Assembly (NCBI GenBank): GCA_016748015.1
Contig: JAAOMT010000597.1
Span: forward strand, 62,001 to 126,000
Reading direction: 5' to 3'
From: Geosiphon pyriformis uo1
Lineage: Eukaryota; Fungi; Glomeromycota
DNA length: 64,000 bases
Within the stretch, counting starts at the first letter, position 1; each line of letters starts with the position of its first letter. Under the pieces are notes generated by a model. That model made no database searches. It was not told the origin of the DNA and was given only the letters and a program-made list of their open reading frames with translations. The translations under genes and the position numbers were made by a program. Shown here in pieces: positions 13,201 through 25,543 of this stretch.

Positions 13201-13429
13201 ACACTTAGCTATCTATTGGGCTGTTATCAAGTAGAAAAAATACTTGGATCAAAAGTTTGAGGTGCACACTGATCACAAAAGATTGACTTTAATCCAGAAA
13301 CAAGAATTTGCAGGCGATTACCATGCCAGATGGAAAATAGAACTGTCACCATTCAATTATACAGTACATTATAAAAAAGGAAAAGACAATGGAAATGCTG
13401 ATGGATTGTCACAAATGAGACAAATCTAA
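7275..13429 (+). pseudogene. Element A gag-pol pseudogene: N-terminal extension, Gag core (from 8168), CCHC knuckle, aspartic protease, Cys-rich domain, dUTPase, RT, RNase H
   Basis: Motifs: MAYAPITKIEKF; C-H-Y-C-G-K..H....C (~8907); LILHSGSVGS (decayed DSG protease); LDLDNGYWQV, MPFGL, YLDN (RT); TDASDQALGAVL, TDHK, NADGLS (RNase H). All ORF pieces from 8168 to 13429 share one frame. Confidence 0.92.
11204..11596 (+). pseudogene. dUTPase domain within element A pol
   Basis: Recognisable dUTPase motifs 1-5: VGFDL, ASKSSLA, (GG)IIDVRYVGNI, EKITQAIF, REIQGFRLTG (consensus RGxxGFGSTG). Confidence 0.9.
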
Positions 13430-13459
13430 AAACATTTCAACCCAAAAATATAACAAAAG

Positions 13460-13998
13460 ATGAATATCCAAAAATACCAACAACTACAACATTATATAAA
13501 TACCCAATTATTCAAAAAGAAATTATCTCAAAAGGAACAAAAAAACATAAAACAACAATCAAAATATTTTATTAACCATCAAAATATACTTTACCGAAAG
13601 AACAAAAGAAATTCAGATCAACCAATCAGAGTAATTACAGAACCAGAGAAAGAAACAATACTATTCAACATGCACTCAGATCCAACAGCAGGACATTTTT
13701 ATAAAGAAGCAACCATAGAAAAAACTAAAAAAAGATACTATTGGCCATCAATGTATCTAGACATTATCCAGTATGTTCAAAATTGTGATGCTTGTTAAAG
13801 AAGAGAAAGAACAAAATCCAGTGAACCATTAAGACCAATTAAAGTAAAACAACCATTTGACCATATCAGAATTGACTTAGTCAGACTATTAACAATTACC
13901 AACAGAGGTAACAAATATATTGCAGTAGCCATGAATTATCTCACAAAATGGTCAGAAGCAAAAGCCATTCAAAGAACAGATGCAGAATCCATTGCTGA
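13460..13998 (+). pseudogene. Element A integrase, N-terminal part (own ATG, HHCC zinc domain, start of the DDE core)
   Basis: MNIQKYQ...HSDPTAGH...YYWP...CDAC, then IDLV(G) and YLTKWSEA. Interrupted by element B. Confidence 0.9.
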
Positions 13999-14814
13999 TG
14001 TTACAAATGATTATTTGGAGTCTCAAATCAAATAACAAATCTGTAACTTGGTGCTTGGTTGGTACTTAGATGTTGATATCTGAAGGTTTTTTGTTGCAGA
14101 GTTTTTTGTATAATAGACAGAGATTTTAATTGATGGTTTTATCCATAGCTTTCCAAAACCACAGTTTTGTCAAATTTTTTTCTCAGCATGGTGGCCAGTA
14201 ATCCTCCTGGTAAGCTATCCTCAAATCTATGAGTGTTCTACCCTTGTTTCACAGGTCTTTTACCAGTTACTATGACGTTTGTATTTCAGTGCTTTAATCT
14301 TCAATCAATTAATATACAACAATAAAATAAAATAAAGAGAAGAAAATAAAATAAAATAAAATAAAATAAAATAAAAAAATGAGCCAAGGCAATGCATGAG
14401 TTAGTATTCTGTCAATAGCTGTGATCAAGAGCTATTGTTCCAGTGGAGTTAAGTATTAATTACTATCAACACTTCATGTTGATAGTAAAAAGTAGATTGA
14501 GATAGTGAATAATTATTTATTGATATTTGTGATATAGCAGGTTTCTAACTGATGGATTCTGCTTTTTCTACTTCTAACACTACCACTATATATACATAAT
14601 TGATGTTTTATGAGATTGCTCACATTTCTGAGCAATGTGCTATGATTTCTTGAGCAATGTGCTCTAATTTTTTAACATTGCTCCACATTGCTAAGCAATG
14701 TGCCATAATTTCTAATATTGCTCCACATTATTAAGCAATATGCTCACATACTAAATACTATTCAACTATTGGTCTACTATTTTTTCTATATCTGTTTCTT
14801 TTTTATGAGTAATA
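13999..14814 (-). repeat. 3' LTR of element B (816 bp), with PPT at 14815-14830
   Basis: Repeat of 23146-23991. AAAAAGGAGGAGATAA precedes it on the minus strand. Confidence 0.95.
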
Positions 14815-14828
14815 TTATCTCCTCCTTT

Positions 14829-15480
14829 TTAATATTGAGCTCCGTCAAAATCTTTATTCTGAATTAGCTTTAATACTTTTTTTTCTAGTATTGTTTGTTC
14901 GACTTTATTTTTCACATCCTTTACTTGTATATTGTTCATTTTTCCCCATTGGTTAATAGTTATGGTTTTCATGTTAGAGTGTAACAATATTTCTGGATAG
15001 TTCTAAAATATGTTGTGCAGTCAGTAAATTGCTCTCATATGTAGTGTTGAGTTTGTTTTTTTCCCAATAAATTCTTCAATTTGCTGTATTATGTTTTGGT
15101 TAAATATTCTCTTAGATTTGTCAATATACAACTCCTGAATATTCAACTTCTGACCTAACTAGTAGTAGTAATATAATATTGGAAGTTGTTCTGTCCATTG
15201 CTTCTAATTCTTTTTTGTAAGTTCTTCTGTTGGTGCCATAATAGATATTTTCCCAAAAGTGTTCTTTACTTTTTTTATTATATTATTTGACCAGTTTTTA
15301 TCATTTTTTGGTAACTGCTAATATAGTGTATTCTTTGTCTTTTTTTTGGTGTTTTGATAGCAAATTCTTTGGTTGTTAACAATAATTTCCATGTCCAAAA
15401 GTTGTTGCTTAAGGCCTGAAATAATTGTTAAGCTATGGTGTGAATATGATCTGGTATTTCTATTTTATCTTGGTTGCTTT
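14829..15480 (-). pseudogene. Element B extra ORF3 (unknown protein) between integrase and PPT
   Basis: Decayed frame EIPDHIHTIA...DFDGAQY*, homologous to 56975-57634. Confidence 0.7.
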
Positions 15481-15489
15481 TGTTGCATA

Positions 15490-16865
15490 TTGACATGTTT
15501 GGTTTAATAATTATAATTGGTTCCAGATCTTGTGGAATCTTATCTGGTTGAACTAGTATTCTTTGTACTCTTAGTTGTGGAATGTTATTGGTAGATGATG
15601 ATACTATCTGGTGATATGATTTCAGTTGATCACCATGTGTTGCTTTGGTTAAGATTTTGTTGTTCCATCTTAATTTATAAGCTCTATTCCCAAAAATTTC
15701 TTCTATGTGAAATAGTCCGTCTCATTTGGGGTCAAATTTTTCACTTCATTGTTTTTCCACTTTAGTATGATGTAGAAGTACTTTGTTTCCAATCTTGAAT
15801 TTAACTGGTTTGTCTGGTAATTGGTTATTATGTTTTTTTTTGTTTTTCTTGTAACTTTTGAATGTTATCAGCTGCTCTTCATTGCTTGTTTTCTAGAGTT
15901 TTCATCAAGTCATATGTTCTTTTTAGCAACATTTCTTGAAAATTGTCTTTAGTTATTGGTTTTGTTGGATAAGTGTTAACTTCTATCTCAATTGGTAATG
16001 TTGCTGTTCTACTGTATACTAATTCAAATAGTGTTGCTTGTGTAGTGTCTTGCTTTATTGTCTGATAAGCAAATAATACTGATGGTATGAACAAATTCCA
16101 TTTGTCCTGATTTTTTTAACTTATCTTGGCAATTGCTTCACACAATATTCAGTTAAACTTCTTAACTAACCCATTTGTTTGTGGATGGTATGGTGATGAT
16201 AATGGTCTTTTGATTCCAAATCTCTGACTTAATTCTGCTAATGTTCTGTTCACAAAGTGAGTTTCTTAATCTGATAATAGTTTTTTTGGACATCCATGTC
16301 GACAAATCAAATCTTAATGAACGAATTTGGCAACAGATTCTGCATCTGCTTTTTGAATGGCTTTTGCTTCTGGCCATTTAATGAGATAGTCCATGGCTAC
16401 TGTGATATATTTGTTGTCTCTGCTGGTGATTGTTAATAGTCCGACTAAGTCAATTCCAATGTGATCGAATGGTTGTTCCACTTTGATTGGTCTTAATGGT
16501 TCACTGGGTCTTGTTCCTCCTCTTCTCTGACAAGCATCACAATTTTGAACATATTAGATGATATCTGGATATATTGATAGCCAATAGTATCTTTTTTTGG
16601 TTCTTTTCATGGTTGTTTCTTTATGAAAATGTCCTGCTGTTGGATCTGAGTGCATGTTGAATAATATCATTTTTTTCTCTGGTTCTGTGATTACTTTGAT
16701 TGGTTGATCTGGATTTCTTCTGTTCTTTTGGTAAAGTATATTTCGATAATTGATAAAATATTTCAATTGTTGTTTTATGTTTTTTTGTTTCTTTTGAGAT
16801 AATTTCTCCTTGAACAATTGGGTATTTATATAATGCTGAAATTGTTGGTATTTTTGTATATTTAT
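15490..16865 (-). pseudogene. Element B integrase (separate ORF; start ATG decayed to ATA)
   Basis: ORF pieces 16554-16817 (HSDPTAGH) and 15879-16094, with HPQTNGLV and a C-terminal GPY/F-type region. Confidence 0.88.
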
Positions 16866-16897
16866 TTTTTGTTATATTTTTGGATTGGAATGTTTTT

Positions 16898-19800
16898 TTA
16901 GATTTGTCTTATTTGTGACAATTTGTTGGTATTTCCATTGTTTTTTCTTTTTTTATAATATATTGTATAATTAAATAGTAAAAGTTCTATTTTCCATCTG
17001 GCATGGTGATTGTCTGCAAATTCTTGTTTTTGAATTGAAGTCAATCCCTTGTGATTAGTGTACACTTCAAACTTTTGGCTTAAGTATTCCTTCCATTTGA
17101 TGACAGCCCAATAGATAGCTAAGTGTTCTAGTGCTAGAGTTCTATAGTTTTTTTCAGCTGGACTTAAGCTTCTACTGGCATAAGCTACTGGATGTTCTCT
17201 TCTATCAGGTCCTTTCTGTAAAAGTACTGCTCCCAATGCTTGGTCTGATGCATTGGTGATAATTATGAATGGTTTGTTATGGTCTGGATACATTAATACT
17301 GGAGCTTGAATAAGCTTTTTTCTTAATATATCAAAAGTTTCTTGTTGAGTTTCTGTCCATTCATACTTCACATTCTTTGTTTGGAGTTGATGTAGTGGTT
17401 GAGCTATTTTAGAAAAGTCTTTAATAAAGTGGTGGTAGTATCCAGCAAATCCCAAGAATGCTTTCAATTCTGTAAGATTATTTGGTACTGGAAAGTTCTT
17501 GACAATCTTAATTTTGTCTGGATCTGTTTTGATTCTGTCTTTGCTTACCACATGTCCCAAAAACTTGAGTTCAGTTTTGCCAAAGAAGCATTTATTGGCA
17601 TTTAGTTTCAATCCTGCTCATCTGAGTTTTTCAAATACTTGTTGGAGATAATGTAGATGGTCATTAAATGTCTTAGAAAATACATTTGTGTTGTCTAAGT
17701 ATATGACTACTGATTTCCATAGTAATCTAGTATAGACAATTTCTATGAGTCATTGGAATGTTGCTGGAGTGTTCATTAAGCCAAATGGCATAACTTCAAA
17801 TTCAAAATTTTCTTCTCTTGTTGTAAATGCAGTCTTTTTTTGGTCAGCTGGATCCATGGCTACTTGCCAGTATCCACTATCTAAATCTAGTGTTGAGAAC
17901 CATTTATTTCCTCCAAAAGCGTCAAATAGTTCTTGGATCTTTGGAGTTGGATAGCTGTCTCCTTTGGTTACTCCATTTAATTTCTGATAATCTACACAAA
18001 AACAAATTTTTCCATTTTTCTTCTGGACTAGTACCACTGGTGATGACCATGGACTCATTGATGACTGAATTAGCCCATTGTTAAGCATCCAGTTAATTTC
18101 TTAATGAATAATCTCATGGCTAGCTGGTAATACTCTGTATGCTTTTTGTTTAATTGGCATTGCATATCCAATCTTGATCTAATGCTGGATAATATTGGTG
18201 TAGCCAAATTCATTTTCATTCGCAAAGATGTCATTGAAATTGTTGAGTAACATCTTTAGTTACATCTGTTGGAATGGGTCTAGATTCCTCATGTTTATCT
18301 GTTCTAACTGCTCTGGTTAAAGCAGATAACATTCACTTCATCCATAGATGGTCTGTAATGTAATGTCCACATATCTGCAAAGTTGTGAAAAATCTAAAAT
18401 GTAGTTTGGTGGTTGATCCTCAATTTGAGTGGTTAAATATCCAATGATAGTTCCCTTTGGTATTTTGATGACTTTTCCAGTTGTGTTATAAATGAGAATT
18501 TTGATGTTTTTGGGGCTGTTGGCTGAGATGTAGAGATTGGTGAGTTCAATCTTTCCTGATTCACAAATGGTGGCTTCTGCTTCAAACAATTGAGCTTGAT
18601 CCTTTACTTCTTTTTTTATGGCTAACATATACTGGTCATATAATAGAATAGAAATTGATTAACAGGTTGAGATAATTTCTCCTTTGTTAACAATTTTTTC
18701 TTCTGTCATATTAACTAATATATCTATTCTATCCATTGATCCGAATTCCTGTATCCCTTTAACTGTAATCCCTAATTCTTCCCTGTTTCTCATTGACATT
18801 AACTGCACTATTTTCACCAGAGATAGAAATATTGCCTGTGCTATCTTTTTATTGGATCTATAATATATGCTTTTTCTGAGTCATTTTGTAGCATAGCAAT
18901 AATATTTCCTATGTATTCTGCATTAATTATTCCTCTTCTAATGTTGATTTTCTTTTTCGCTAGACTATTCTTAGATGCTAACTGAACCATTGTTGTTGCT
19001 AAAATTTCCAGTGCTATTTTCAGATTAATGCAAGTGTGCAAATGTAGTTCTAATTTGAGGGGATCTTTCCTTGGATATCTTAGATCAAACCCTGCATCAG
19101 TATCATGTGTGTGTTCTGACATGATATCTTTGCCTTTATCACTAAACCATTTAAGTTTCTGTTCTTTGATGAGGTCAGAAAGTGCGATAAATTTTTCAGG
19201 GTATGAATTGGAGTTTGAATTGTCATAATTTTTGTTGCTAATTGGAGCAGAGCTGGAACCATTGTTTTCGTCATTGTTGTTGTTGGAGTTTAAATCAGGA
19301 TTGAAAACTGATTCCAATTCTAATGCACAGCTGCTGATTGGTTCTTCTTTCTTTGAGATTGTGTAGATCATGCAGATTGGTGAATTGTAAATAAGATCAC
19401 ACTCATTACAATATTGAAAGTCACAGAGAATTAAACAATGGTTACATAGTTGAGTGTTGATTTGGGCTAAACACTGCTCTTGTTCTTCTCTTGTTGGTGC
19501 CAAATTTTGGTAGTGCTTATGGAATTCTTCTGGATTGAGAATCAAAACAATGTTGACTGTCTCTAGAGGGTTGTTCTTGATTTCTAATATTTCGCTAGGC
19601 ATGGCACCTTCTACTTTGGCATTTGTCATCCATCAGATTTCATCTTCGTCATGTGGGTACCTGTTCAAGCGAGATATTGCACAGTGCCAGATGGCAGTTA
19701 TTGGTATACTACAACTCACCCAATTGCTGATGAGGATTGTGTATTAGCACGAAGCATCACACATTTCTTTTTGTCCAGAAATGTCATTCCACATTCCTTC

Positions 19801-22800
19801 ATTCAATAGTTGTTTGCCACAAGTGAGACATGGTTTGTTGTCCCACTTGCTTTGTCTTTTTGGGTAGCCATAGTGTTTGCAGTGACAAGGCTTGCAATAA
19901 TAGTGGGCTCGTGTCCAGTAATCTTCGTCTGGTGTGACCCAAGCTCTCATGGAAGAAAGTTTCTTTCCACAGTTCTTGTATTTAAGAGGTATATGTGGTG
20001 GTTCTTTGATCAGTTCTCATGAGTATTCTCTTTCCTAGCCACTAGTTATTTCTTCAGTGGTGGTGGTTCCTTTAGTTATATTTTCTTCCTTCTTTTTCCC
20101 TTTTCCTTTATTGGTTTCTTTCTATTCTCAGGTTGGTAGTTTGTTTGAGTCATTGTTGGTTTTTCAGTCTTGGTCAGCATTTCAGATTAGTCCTTCCTTT
20201 TGTTTTTCTTTTCTATTATCATTCCAAAAGAGTATTGGTGGTAATTCATTGTGATTTGCTTCAGCTCATAACACTTGATAGGCTTTCCAGGTAGGTTTTT
20301 TTTTTTTTCTCGAACTTAATAAGAGATGCTATTGGTATGGTGATTGGCTTGAAGTGGCCACACATGGCAGGTACACGTGTGTGTTGACTGTTCTGGCTGA
20401 TTTGAAGCTTCTGCATATTCCAGTCAAGTGTTGCATTGGTTTTAGATAGCCAATTATTACCAACTAATGCTTGGTATTGGGTGGCTTCCATAACTAAAAC
20501 TTTAATGAGAATGATGATGCCATTGACTTCTATAAGAAAGTCATCAATTTTGCCAATCAAAGTTTTGGTCACTCCATCAGCAGTTATGATTCTGGTGTTG
20601 GCAGTGTGATCAACTCAGCGACCTAATTGGTCCATGAGTTGTTTTGTAATGATGCTGCCAGCTGATCCACTATTTAGGATTAGTTTGATGGAATGGTCAT
20701 CAACTTTGGCATCCATGTATATTGCCATAATAGGTTTTTCCTCGAGTGTGGCTCCTCTGAACAAAGGGGTTTTTGTCAGTTCCTCAATTTCGAAGAGAAA
20801 TATTGCTGCTAGAGACTCATTTTCCATGACAGTGGCTGACAGAATATTTATAAGTGGTTGCTTTTGGTTGGATTTCTGGGTGTTGGGTAAGGTGTCTTCT
20901 GGGGTAACCAGAAGGCTTAAATAGTTCTAGAAACTTGGGTTTTGAGTATAGCCAGTTCCCAAACTTCACTGTCATGATCCTGACAGCTGGTTGGGTGAAC
21001 TGGAGATTAGTTGGTGAACAATTATTGCTGATCTCTAGTTTTGAATGACTTTCAATCTAGGGTTCTTTAATGTCATTTGAGCTGGATTTGATGTCAGTGT
21101 TTGAACTGTGGGTGTCTGATAAATTATTTGTGGCTGTGGTGGTTGATATATTACTGGTGGCTGTGGTTGATAAACTGAAGGTTAATATACAAATGGTTGA
21201 TATATTGGCTGTTGTGTCATTGGCAGGTAAGTCAGTTGATATGGTGCTGAGTTGGGTTGGTAATTTGGAATTGGAAACTGGCAATCAGGATTTTGATATT
21301 GATTTCTCAATCATAAGTTATTATTATAAAATTAGCAGTCAGCTCTAATGTGGCTTTGTTTATTACAATTATGGCAGACATGCGTCTCTTATTACCATGG
21401 CTAATTTGATAATAATGATTATGGCTAATTTGATAATAATGGACATGACTGATTTTGGAAACAATTCAGGTTTCCTGAATTATTGCGTTATTGTGGTGGT
21501 TGATAAATTGCACAATTGTCAGCTAAGTATTTTTCCACTGAATTGTTTCAATTTGGAATCCAATTCAGATGATCTATTCATTACTAGATTAATGGCTTGG
21601 ACATGGCTTGCTTCAAGTTCTGCTGCTTCAAAATCTTGGGCATTGGTAACTGTGGCTTGAAGGTCTACTGGATGCATTGAACATATGCGTTGGAGAATAC
21701 TACTGTGCAGGCCTCTAATAAATTGGTTTAGAATTTGTGGCACTGTAAAATAGTCAGCCTGGATTGCTTGAATCTGGTGCAGATTCTTATGAAAGCATCT
21801 TAGATAAGTAGTGACTGCTTTATTTTCCTCTTGTTTAATTGTGGTGAAAGTGTTTGCTAGCTGATTAATACTATTATTGTTACTAAAGTATTGTAGGAAT
21901 GCAAGCTTAAATACAGCAAAATCTTGGGGTTTGTTAGCCAAGCTTTGATACTATGAATTGGCAGTATCTTGGAAAAAATAAGGAATGGCCTGCATGGCTC
22001 TGGTATCATTCCAGTCATTGGCTGCAATGGCTTTTTTCACATCGTTGAGTCATACTTGGGCATTATTCTCTTTACCAGTAAATTTCTCAATTTTGGCAAT
22101 TGGAGCATAAGCCATTGGTTGTTGTTGTGGTTGCTGCTGGATTTGTTAAGATAGTGGTTGTAGTTATTGTTATTGTTTGGCATTTGGTAGAGCTGGTGGT
22201 GGATTGATCATGATTACTGGAGGTAAATATTGTTGATTATTAATGTCAGAATTTTGCTTGTTCTGATTGTACTGTATTTGAAAATTCAGAGTTTTGATTT
22301 CCAGATTTTCTAAAGTTGGATTTTGCTGAGTTTGAAAGTTCGGGGTTTTGATTACCAAGTTTTCCGTGATCAGGTTCTGATAAGTAAATTCTTGGTCTTC
22401 AGATTTTTCTTCCTCTTCTTCTTGTTCTTTTCCCGAATCTGTTACTTCCCAGAAACTTGTGGTTCCAAAATCTGGTTGAGGTAGTGGAGATTGAAGTCCT
22501 GATAGCATTGACAATCACAACTTAAATCCTTTGAAATATGCACTGTATGGTCCTAAAAGATCTTCTTTTCTTTGTTTACTCTAAAATGGGAATTGTCTAA
22601 AGATTAATGTTGCGTGTGATGTGGACACACTTGTTAATGTAATATTGATGGCACTTTCAAGTGTATAGTGATATGATAGTTTTGTTGGTAATTTAACTCT
22701 AGTTTTCTTCCAAGTAGGTGGTTGTATCTTTTGAGATGTTATTGTTAGTGTTTGTAATTTTTTTTGCCTTTGTTTGCATAGGTAATTGGATATTTTTGTT

Positions 22801-23090
22801 GAGTATGAATTTCAATTTCTTTATTGATTTCAGTGAGGATTGCTGTGAAATTGTAATTTGTTGGTAGGCTGGTATTCTGGATTAATTTATTGTAGAAGTT
22901 TCTTCTGGCTGAGTCAGTTTCCACTGGTACTTTTAGTAAGTATGAGATTCTCTTGTTGATGTAGAAATTGAAAACTGATTCTGTTAATAAGTGGTTGTTA
23001 GTTAATTTTAAATGTTGACAGTAGTGTTAGAATAAAAATTTTGTGAATCCTAGATAGTTTGTCCCTGTTTCTTCAGATTCTGCCGTTTAA
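16898..23090 (-). pseudogene. Element B gag-pol pseudogene (Gag, protease, Cys-rich domain, dUTPase, RT, RNase H)
   Basis: ORF pieces 21519-21941 (Gag), 20615-20827 (LILNSGSAGS), 19744-19950 (Cys-rich), 18841-19629 (DAGFDL...RRGIINAEY), 17750-18088 and 16898-17611 (RT/RNase H, ends RQI*). Confidence 0.92.
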
Positions 23091-23125
23091 ATGGGTATTA
23101 TTGATGCTGATTCTCTGTAGAATAT

Positions 23126-23143
23126 ACCTTACAGGGAGCACCA
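23126..23143 (-). promoter_or_regulatory. Primer binding site of element B
   Basis: Plus strand reads CCTTACAGGGAGCACCA-AA-TGTTACA, which is a tRNA-like 3' end (CCA) next to the LTR. Confidence 0.9.
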
Positions 23144-23145
23144 AA

Positions 23146-23991
23146 TGTTACAGATAATTATTTGGGGTCTCAAGTCAAATAACAAATCTGTAACTTGGTG
23201 CTTGATTGGTACTCGAGTGTTGATATCTAAAAGTTTTTTGTTTCAAAGTTTTTTGTATAATGGACAGAGATTTTAATTGATAGTTTTATCCATAGCTTCC
23301 CAAAACCGCAGTTTCATCAAATTTCTTTCTCAGCATGGTGGCCAATAATCCTTCTGGTAAGCTATCCTCAAATCTATGAGTGTTCTATCTTTGTTTCATG
23401 GGTCTTTTACCAGTTACTATGACATCTGTATTTCAGCACTTTAATCCTCAATTGATTAGTATACAACAATAAAATCAAATAAAGAGAAGAAAATAAAAGA
23501 AAATAAAATAAAAAAATGAGCCAAGGCAATGCATGAGTTAGTATTCCATCAATAGCCATGATCAAGAGCTATTGTTCTAGTGAGGTTAAGTATCAATTAC
23601 TATCAATATGAAGTGTTAATAGTAAAGAGTAGATTGAGATAGTGAATAATTATTTATTGATATTTGTGATGTGGCAGATTTCTAACTGATGGATTCTGCT
23701 TTTTCTACTTCTAATGCTACTGCTATATATACATAATTAATGTTTTATAAGATTGCTTACATTTCCGAATGATGTGCTATGATTTTTTGAGCAATGTGCT
23801 CTAATTTTCTAACATCGCTTCATATTGCTAAACAATATGCCATGTTTTCTGATATTGTTCCACATTTCTGAGCAATGTGCCATAATTTCTGACATTGCTC
23901 CACATTGCTAAGCAATGTGTTCACGTGCTAAATACTATTCAACTATTGGTCTACTATTTTTCTTATATCTGTTTCCTTTTCATGAGTAACA
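23146..23991 (-). repeat. 5' LTR of element B (846 bp)
   Basis: TGTTAC...GTAACA termini; repeat of 13999-14814. Confidence 0.95.
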
Positions 23992-24839
23992 CTGAATTCG
24001 TTTACCAAGATTTAATCTGTTGACACAGATGTCTAAAAGAATTATTATCTGATCAAGGAACTTACTTTGTGAATAGAACATTAATAGAATTAAGTCAGAG
24101 ATTTGGAATAAAAAAACCATTATCATCATCATACCATTTACAAACAAATGGGTTAGTTGAAAGATTTAACAGAACATTGTGTGAAGCAATTGCTAAAATC
24201 AGCCAAAAAAATCAAGAAGAATGGGATTTGTTTATATCATCAGTATTATTTGCTTATCAAACAATGAAGCAAAACACCACACAAGCAACACTATTTGAAT
24301 TAGTATATAGTAGAACAGCAACATTACCAATTGAAATAAAGGTCAATACATATCCAACTGAACCAATAACAGAAGATAATTTCCAAGAAACATTGTTGAA
24401 AAAAACATATAACTTAATAGAAACACTAGAAAACAGATAACAAAAAGCAGTTGATAACATCCAAAAGTCACAAAAAAAGCAAAAAGAATGACACAATAAT
24501 CAACTACCAAATAAACCAGTTGAATTCAAGATTGGAGACAAGATACTATTACATTGTACCAAAGTAGAAAAACAATAGAGTGGAAAATTTGACCCCAAAT
24601 GGGATAGACCATTTCACATAGAAGAAATTCTTGGAAATAGAGCTTATAAATTAAGATGGGACAACAAAATCTTAGCCAAAACAGCACATGGTGATTGACT
24701 GAAACCATATCACCAGATAGCATTATTATCCACTAATAACATTCCACAACTGGGAGTACAAAGAATAATAGTTCAACCAGATGAGATTCTACAAGATCTG
24801 GAACCAATCATAGTTATTGAACCAAACACATCAAATTGA
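23992..24839 (+). pseudogene. Element A integrase, C-terminal part
   Basis: LSDQGTYF, YHLQTNGLVERFNRTL and KWDRPFHIEE (GPY/F motif). Ends PNTSN* with no chromodomain. Confidence 0.9.
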
Positions 24840-24863
24840 ACAACCAAAAAAGTATATAAAGAC

Positions 24864-25529
24864 ACAGTATATGTGACAAAAGCAACCAAGAAAAATAGAA
24901 ATATCAGATCATATTTACACTATAGCTCAACAATTGTTCCAGGCCTTAAGTAAACAACAGTTAGACATGGAAATTGTTATTAACAAACAAATAATTTGCT
25001 ATCAAAACACCTAAAAAAAGACAAAGAATACACCATATCAGCAGCCACCAAAGAACAATAAAAACTGAACAGATAAATTAATAGAAAAAGTAAAAAACAC
25101 TTTTGGGAAAACATTTGTTATGACACCAACAGAAGAGCTTACAAAAGAAAATTGGAAACAATGAACAGAACAACTTCCAATATCATATTGTTATTACTGA
25201 TTAGGTCAAAAGTTTAATATTTAAGAGTTGTATATCGACAAATCCAAAAAAATATTCAACCAAGACATAATACAACAAATTGAAAAATTTATTGGAAAGA
25301 AAACAAATTCAACACTATATGTTAGAACAATATACTGACTACACAACATATTTCAGAACTATCCAAAAATACTGTTACATTCTGACATAGAAACCATAAC
25401 CATTAACCAATGGAGAAGAGTGAATAATACATAAGTAGAAAACGTAAAAAACAGAGTTGAACAAACAATACTTGAAAAAGAAGTATTAGAATTAATTCAA
25501 ACAAAGATTTCGATGGAGCTCAATATTAA
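24864..25529 (+). pseudogene. Element A extra ORF3 (unknown protein)
   Basis: Decayed frame EISDHIYTIAQQLFQAL...ELYIDKSKKIF...DFDGAQY*, directly before the PPT. Confidence 0.7.
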
Positions 25530-25543
25530 AAAAGTGGAGATAA

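Larger units (their letters stand above)
13999..23991 (-). mobile_element. Ty3/Gypsy-like LTR retrotransposon B (complete, same family as A, antisense insertion)
   Basis: LTRs at 13999-14814 and 23146-23991. Perfect 4-bp TSD CTGA (13995-13998 / 23992-23995). Removing it restores the A integrase reading AESIAEFVYQDLIC. Confidence 0.96.

Noticed and set aside
23126-23143. tRNA gene fragment ending in CCA
   Set aside because: It is the primer binding site of element B; no cloverleaf body is present.
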